From positions 320,001 through 384,000 of the forward strand of contig CAVRZA010000002.1 of assembly GCA_963725665.1 (NCBI GenBank): 64,000 nucleotides of DNA, written 5' to 3'. Shown here piece after piece: positions 59,716-64,000 of the stretch; the first letter of the stretch is position 1; every line of letters starts with the position of its first letter. Below the pieces are notes generated by a model. That model saw only the letters and a list, made by a program, of their open reading frames with translations. It searched no databases and was not told where the DNA came from. Made by a program: the position numbers and the translations under genes. Origin of the DNA: an uncultured Actinomycetes bacterium (GTDB taxonomy: Bacteria > Actinomycetota > Thermoleophilia > UBA2241).

Positions 59716-59755
59716 GCAGGGGCGGGCGGCGCCTTCCGGCGCCGCCCGCCCCTGC
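59716..59755 (-). terminator. Hairpin terminator after acs
   Basis: GCAGGGGCGGGCGGCGCC-4 nt-GGCGCCGCCCGCCCCTGC. Confidence 0.7.
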
Positions 59756-59778
59756 GAGCCGTTCTCTGTCGCCTCGCG

Positions 59779-61764
<1,986 letters not shown>

Positions 61765-62023
61765 CTCCGTGAGGTTCTCATGCGTTTCGTCGCTGGCCGG
61801 CAGCCGAGCGCAGCGACCACCCTCGCCGCGGCCGACGTTGGCCGCTGTGGCCGATGCTCAGGCGCCGACTACTCCAATGTGGCATGGGAAGTGCCGCTCG
61901 GCGGGTCTGCTGGACCCGGCCGTTGGCCAGTATGGCAGACTACACCCCCCGCTGGGGACGGCGCAAGGCGAGGGGCGGGTCGGCGACCGCATGAGTCAGG
62001 GGGGCCAACGACCCGAGGGAGTG

Positions 62024-62098
62024 TGGTGGGCAATGTTGGATTTGAACCAACGACCTCCTGCGTGTGAAGCAGGCGCTCTCCCCCTGAGCTAATTGCCC
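62024..62098 (-). tRNA. tRNA-Val(CAC) with encoded CCA
   Basis: GGGCAAT...AGCTCAGGGGGAGAGC CCTGC-TTCACAC-GCAGG ...GGTTCAAATCC ATTGCCCACCA. Confidence 0.96.
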
Positions 62099-62203
62099 AC
62101 GGACGGCAAGGATACCAGACGCTGGAAGGGGACGGAACGGCGCTCCGTTCGTCCCCTGCAGCGGCGGCGGCGAAGGGCGCGCGGGTGGGTCGTTTTCGGC
62201 GCG

Positions 62204-62668
62204 ATGGGAACAGTCGTCATTGTGCCGGCGGAACGTGTGGAGGCGACGGATCGGGTGGATGAGAAGACGCTCACCATGCTGCGCGACGGCTATCGCGCCT
62301 TCGGCTTCGGGGCGCCCGAGGCCGTGCTGCGCTTGTTCGACCAGCACGTCCCCGAGGGCGAAGCGCACTGGGTCGTGCGCGAGGTGACCTCGACCACGCG
62401 TCACCGCTCCCGGGACGTCGTCGCCGATGACCTCTTCGGGTCGATCCCCCCGCACTGGCAGGTCGTGCGCGTCGTGCCGTTTCGCTTTCAGGAGCGGGGC
62501 GACCGCGTCGTCGTGACGGGGCACATCCGGTGCCGGCCGCGGGGCAGTTGGGACGTCATGTCAGTGCCCTTCGCGCACATCTGGACGGTCGCGCGCGGCA
62601 AGGTCGTCAGCGTGCTCAGCTACCTCGACGGTATCGAGATAGAGCGAGCGGCCCAGGGCGCGGCGTGA
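62204..62668 (+). CDS. SnoaL/NTF2-like protein
   Basis: GDRVVVTG, FAHIWTV, YLD. Confidence 0.75.
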   Translation: MGTVVIVPAERVEATDRVDEKTLTMLRDGYRAFGFGAPEAVLRLFDQHVPEGEAHWVVREVTSTTRHRSRDVVADDLFGSIPPHWQVVRVVPFRFQERGDRVVVTGHIRCRPRGSWDVMSVPFAHIWTVARGKVVSVLSYLDGIEIERAAQGAA

Positions 62669-62678
62669 GGATCGCCCC

Positions 62679-63206
62679 GTGATCGCTGCGTTCGCCGTCC
62701 TCGACGACGGCGGCGTGAGGTTGCGGCTGCTCGAGCTCGCGGACGCGACGTGGATAGCGAGCGCCGTCACGGCCGGGGAGACGTGCTGCCTGGACCCCAG
62801 ACCCGGCCCGCACTCGGCCGATGACGCGCGCGCCATGATCGCCTTGTGGGACGAGCTGCGCGGCGAGGGCCGGGGACTGGCCCTCGCCGCGCAGGACGAG
62901 GATCGCCTCGTCGGGCTGCTCGTCCTGCAGACGGCCGCGCCCGGTGACGTGGAGGTGGCGTACTGGATCGCGGCCGCTGAGCGCGGCAGGGGCTACGCCA
63001 CCCGCGCCGTGGGCCTGGTCTCGCGCTGGCTCGCCGAGTCGCGCGGCGCGCGCAGGGTCTGGCTCGAGACCGATCCCGCCAATCGCGCCTCGCAGCGGGT
63101 CGCCGAGAAGGCCGGCTTCGTGCGTGAGAGGCTCGCGCGCGACCACTGCGTGCGCGGCGGGGTGCCGCAGGACTGCGTGATCTACGCTCTGCCGCCGCCG
63201 GGCTAG
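62679..63206 (+). CDS. RimJ/RimL-type GNAT acetyltransferase
   Basis: EVAYW, RGRGYATRA, NRASQRVAEKAGF. Confidence 0.88.
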   Translation: MIAAFAVLDDGGVRLRLLELADATWIASAVTAGETCCLDPRPGPHSADDARAMIALWDELRGEGRGLALAAQDEDRLVGLLVLQTAAPGDVEVAYWIAAAERGRGYATRAVGLVSRWLAESRGARRVWLETDPANRASQRVAEKAGFVRERLARDHCVRGGVPQDCVIYALPPPG

Positions 63207-64000
63207 GTCAGCGGCGTCCGACGCCCCGCCCGCTTCGGGCTGTCGGGGTCCAAGCCCATGTACGTGCAGAGATGGTAGGCGAGGAGCTGCGCCGGCAAGA
63301 TCGCGACCAGCGGAGAAGCGGCCTCCGGGACCGTCGCGGGCAGCTCGATGGCCACGGTGGCGGACTCCGCGGCGGGGCCCCGCTGCCCGACGACGAGCAG
63401 GTCGAGCCCGCGCCGGCGCAGCTCGCGCACGAGGTCGGTCATGTAGCCCTGGGCCATCCCGGGCAGGGCGAAGATGATGGCCGGCAGGCCGCGCTCGATG
63501 CCGGCGATCGGACCGTGCATCAGGTCGGCGCCGGCGTACGCCGCGGCGAACAGGTGGCACGTCTCGCGCAGCTTGAGGGCCGTCTCGAGCGCCGTAGCGT
63601 AGTTGTAGCCGCGGCCCACGACGACGAGGTGCTCGCGCGAGCGGTAGCGCGGGGCTATGCGTCTGATCTGCGCCTCGAGGCCGAGCGCCGCCTCCATGGC
63701 CGCGGGCACCTCGTTGCGGAGGGCCGCGAGCAGCTTCTCGTCGCCGCTCCACGCGGCCCAGAAGAGCGCCAGCGCGGCGAGATGGCTGGTGTAGGTCTTC
63801 GTCGCCGGTCGGTCCTCTTCAGGCTCTGTGCGGGTCGGGACGACGGCCTGTGCGACCGCCGCGAGGGGGCTCGTCTCGTCGTGCGTGATGGCGACGGTAA
63901 ACGCTCCCCGGCGGCGGGCTTCGCTCACGTAGTCCATGACGTCGGGGGTGCGCCCGCTCTGACTGATGCCCACCACGAGACAGTCGCGGAGGTCCATGTC
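63203..64000 (-). CDS. SIS-domain protein (GlmS isomerase-like), 5' end outside the window
   Basis: SQSGRTPD, ATKTY, ETALKLRE, HGP. Confidence 0.85.
   Translation of the reverse strand, partial: DMDLRDCLVVGISQSGRTPDVMDYVSEARRRGAFTVAITHDETSPLAAVAQAVVPTRTEPEEDRPATKTYTSHLAALALFWAAWSGDEKLLAALRNEVPAAMEAALGLEAQIRRIAPRYRSREHLVVVGRGYNYATALETALKLRETCHLFAAAYAGADLMHGPIAGIERGLPAIIFALPGMAQGYMTDLVRELRRRGLDLLVVGQRGPAAESATVAIELPATVPEAASPLVAILPAQLLAYHLCTYMGLDPDSPKRAGRRTPLT

Noticed and set aside
62024-62098. tRNA-Val as an island integration site, or as a suppressor/Pyl tRNA
   Set aside because: Anticodon is CAC with canonical structure; no integrase or duplicated 3' end seen

Overview
High-GC bacterial chromosomal window, most likely from an anaerobic actinobacterium (inferred from several leaderless genes, a polyprenol-phosphate mannose synthase, an Asp23 operon and codon style; the taxonomy is not provable from the sequence). 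No CRISPR array, prophage or transposase was seen. The dominant theme is corrinoid-dependent methylotrophy coupled to flavin-based electron bifurcation. (1) A trimethylamine methyltransferase gene (mttB, 42677-41199) is interrupted by an in-frame TAG exactly at the canonical pyrrolysine position (YVAGL-TAG-ADSK). It is followed by a PYLIS-like stem-loop built from atypical codons, then a corrinoid protein gene and an SSS transporter, in a genome where more than 20 other genes in this window end in TAG. (2) Two further MttB-family paralogues are present. (3) There is an hdrA(large)-mvhD-metV-metF-hdrC-hdrB methylene-THF reductase cluster. (4) A 2-oxoacid oxidoreductase operon (porC-porD-porA) has its PorB subunit fused to the C-terminus of a NuoG/GltD-like subunit of a HydABC/Bfu-type module. 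Housekeeping and accessory genes include nrdR-nrdJ, dnaX-ybaB-recR, a large (Alu-type) SRP RNA, tRNA-Val(CAC), acs and a Pat-type acetyltransferase. Other observations are a candidate sRNA, a split rubrerythrin, two CsoR-like operators and four single-base-insertion frameshifts that are probably sequencing errors.
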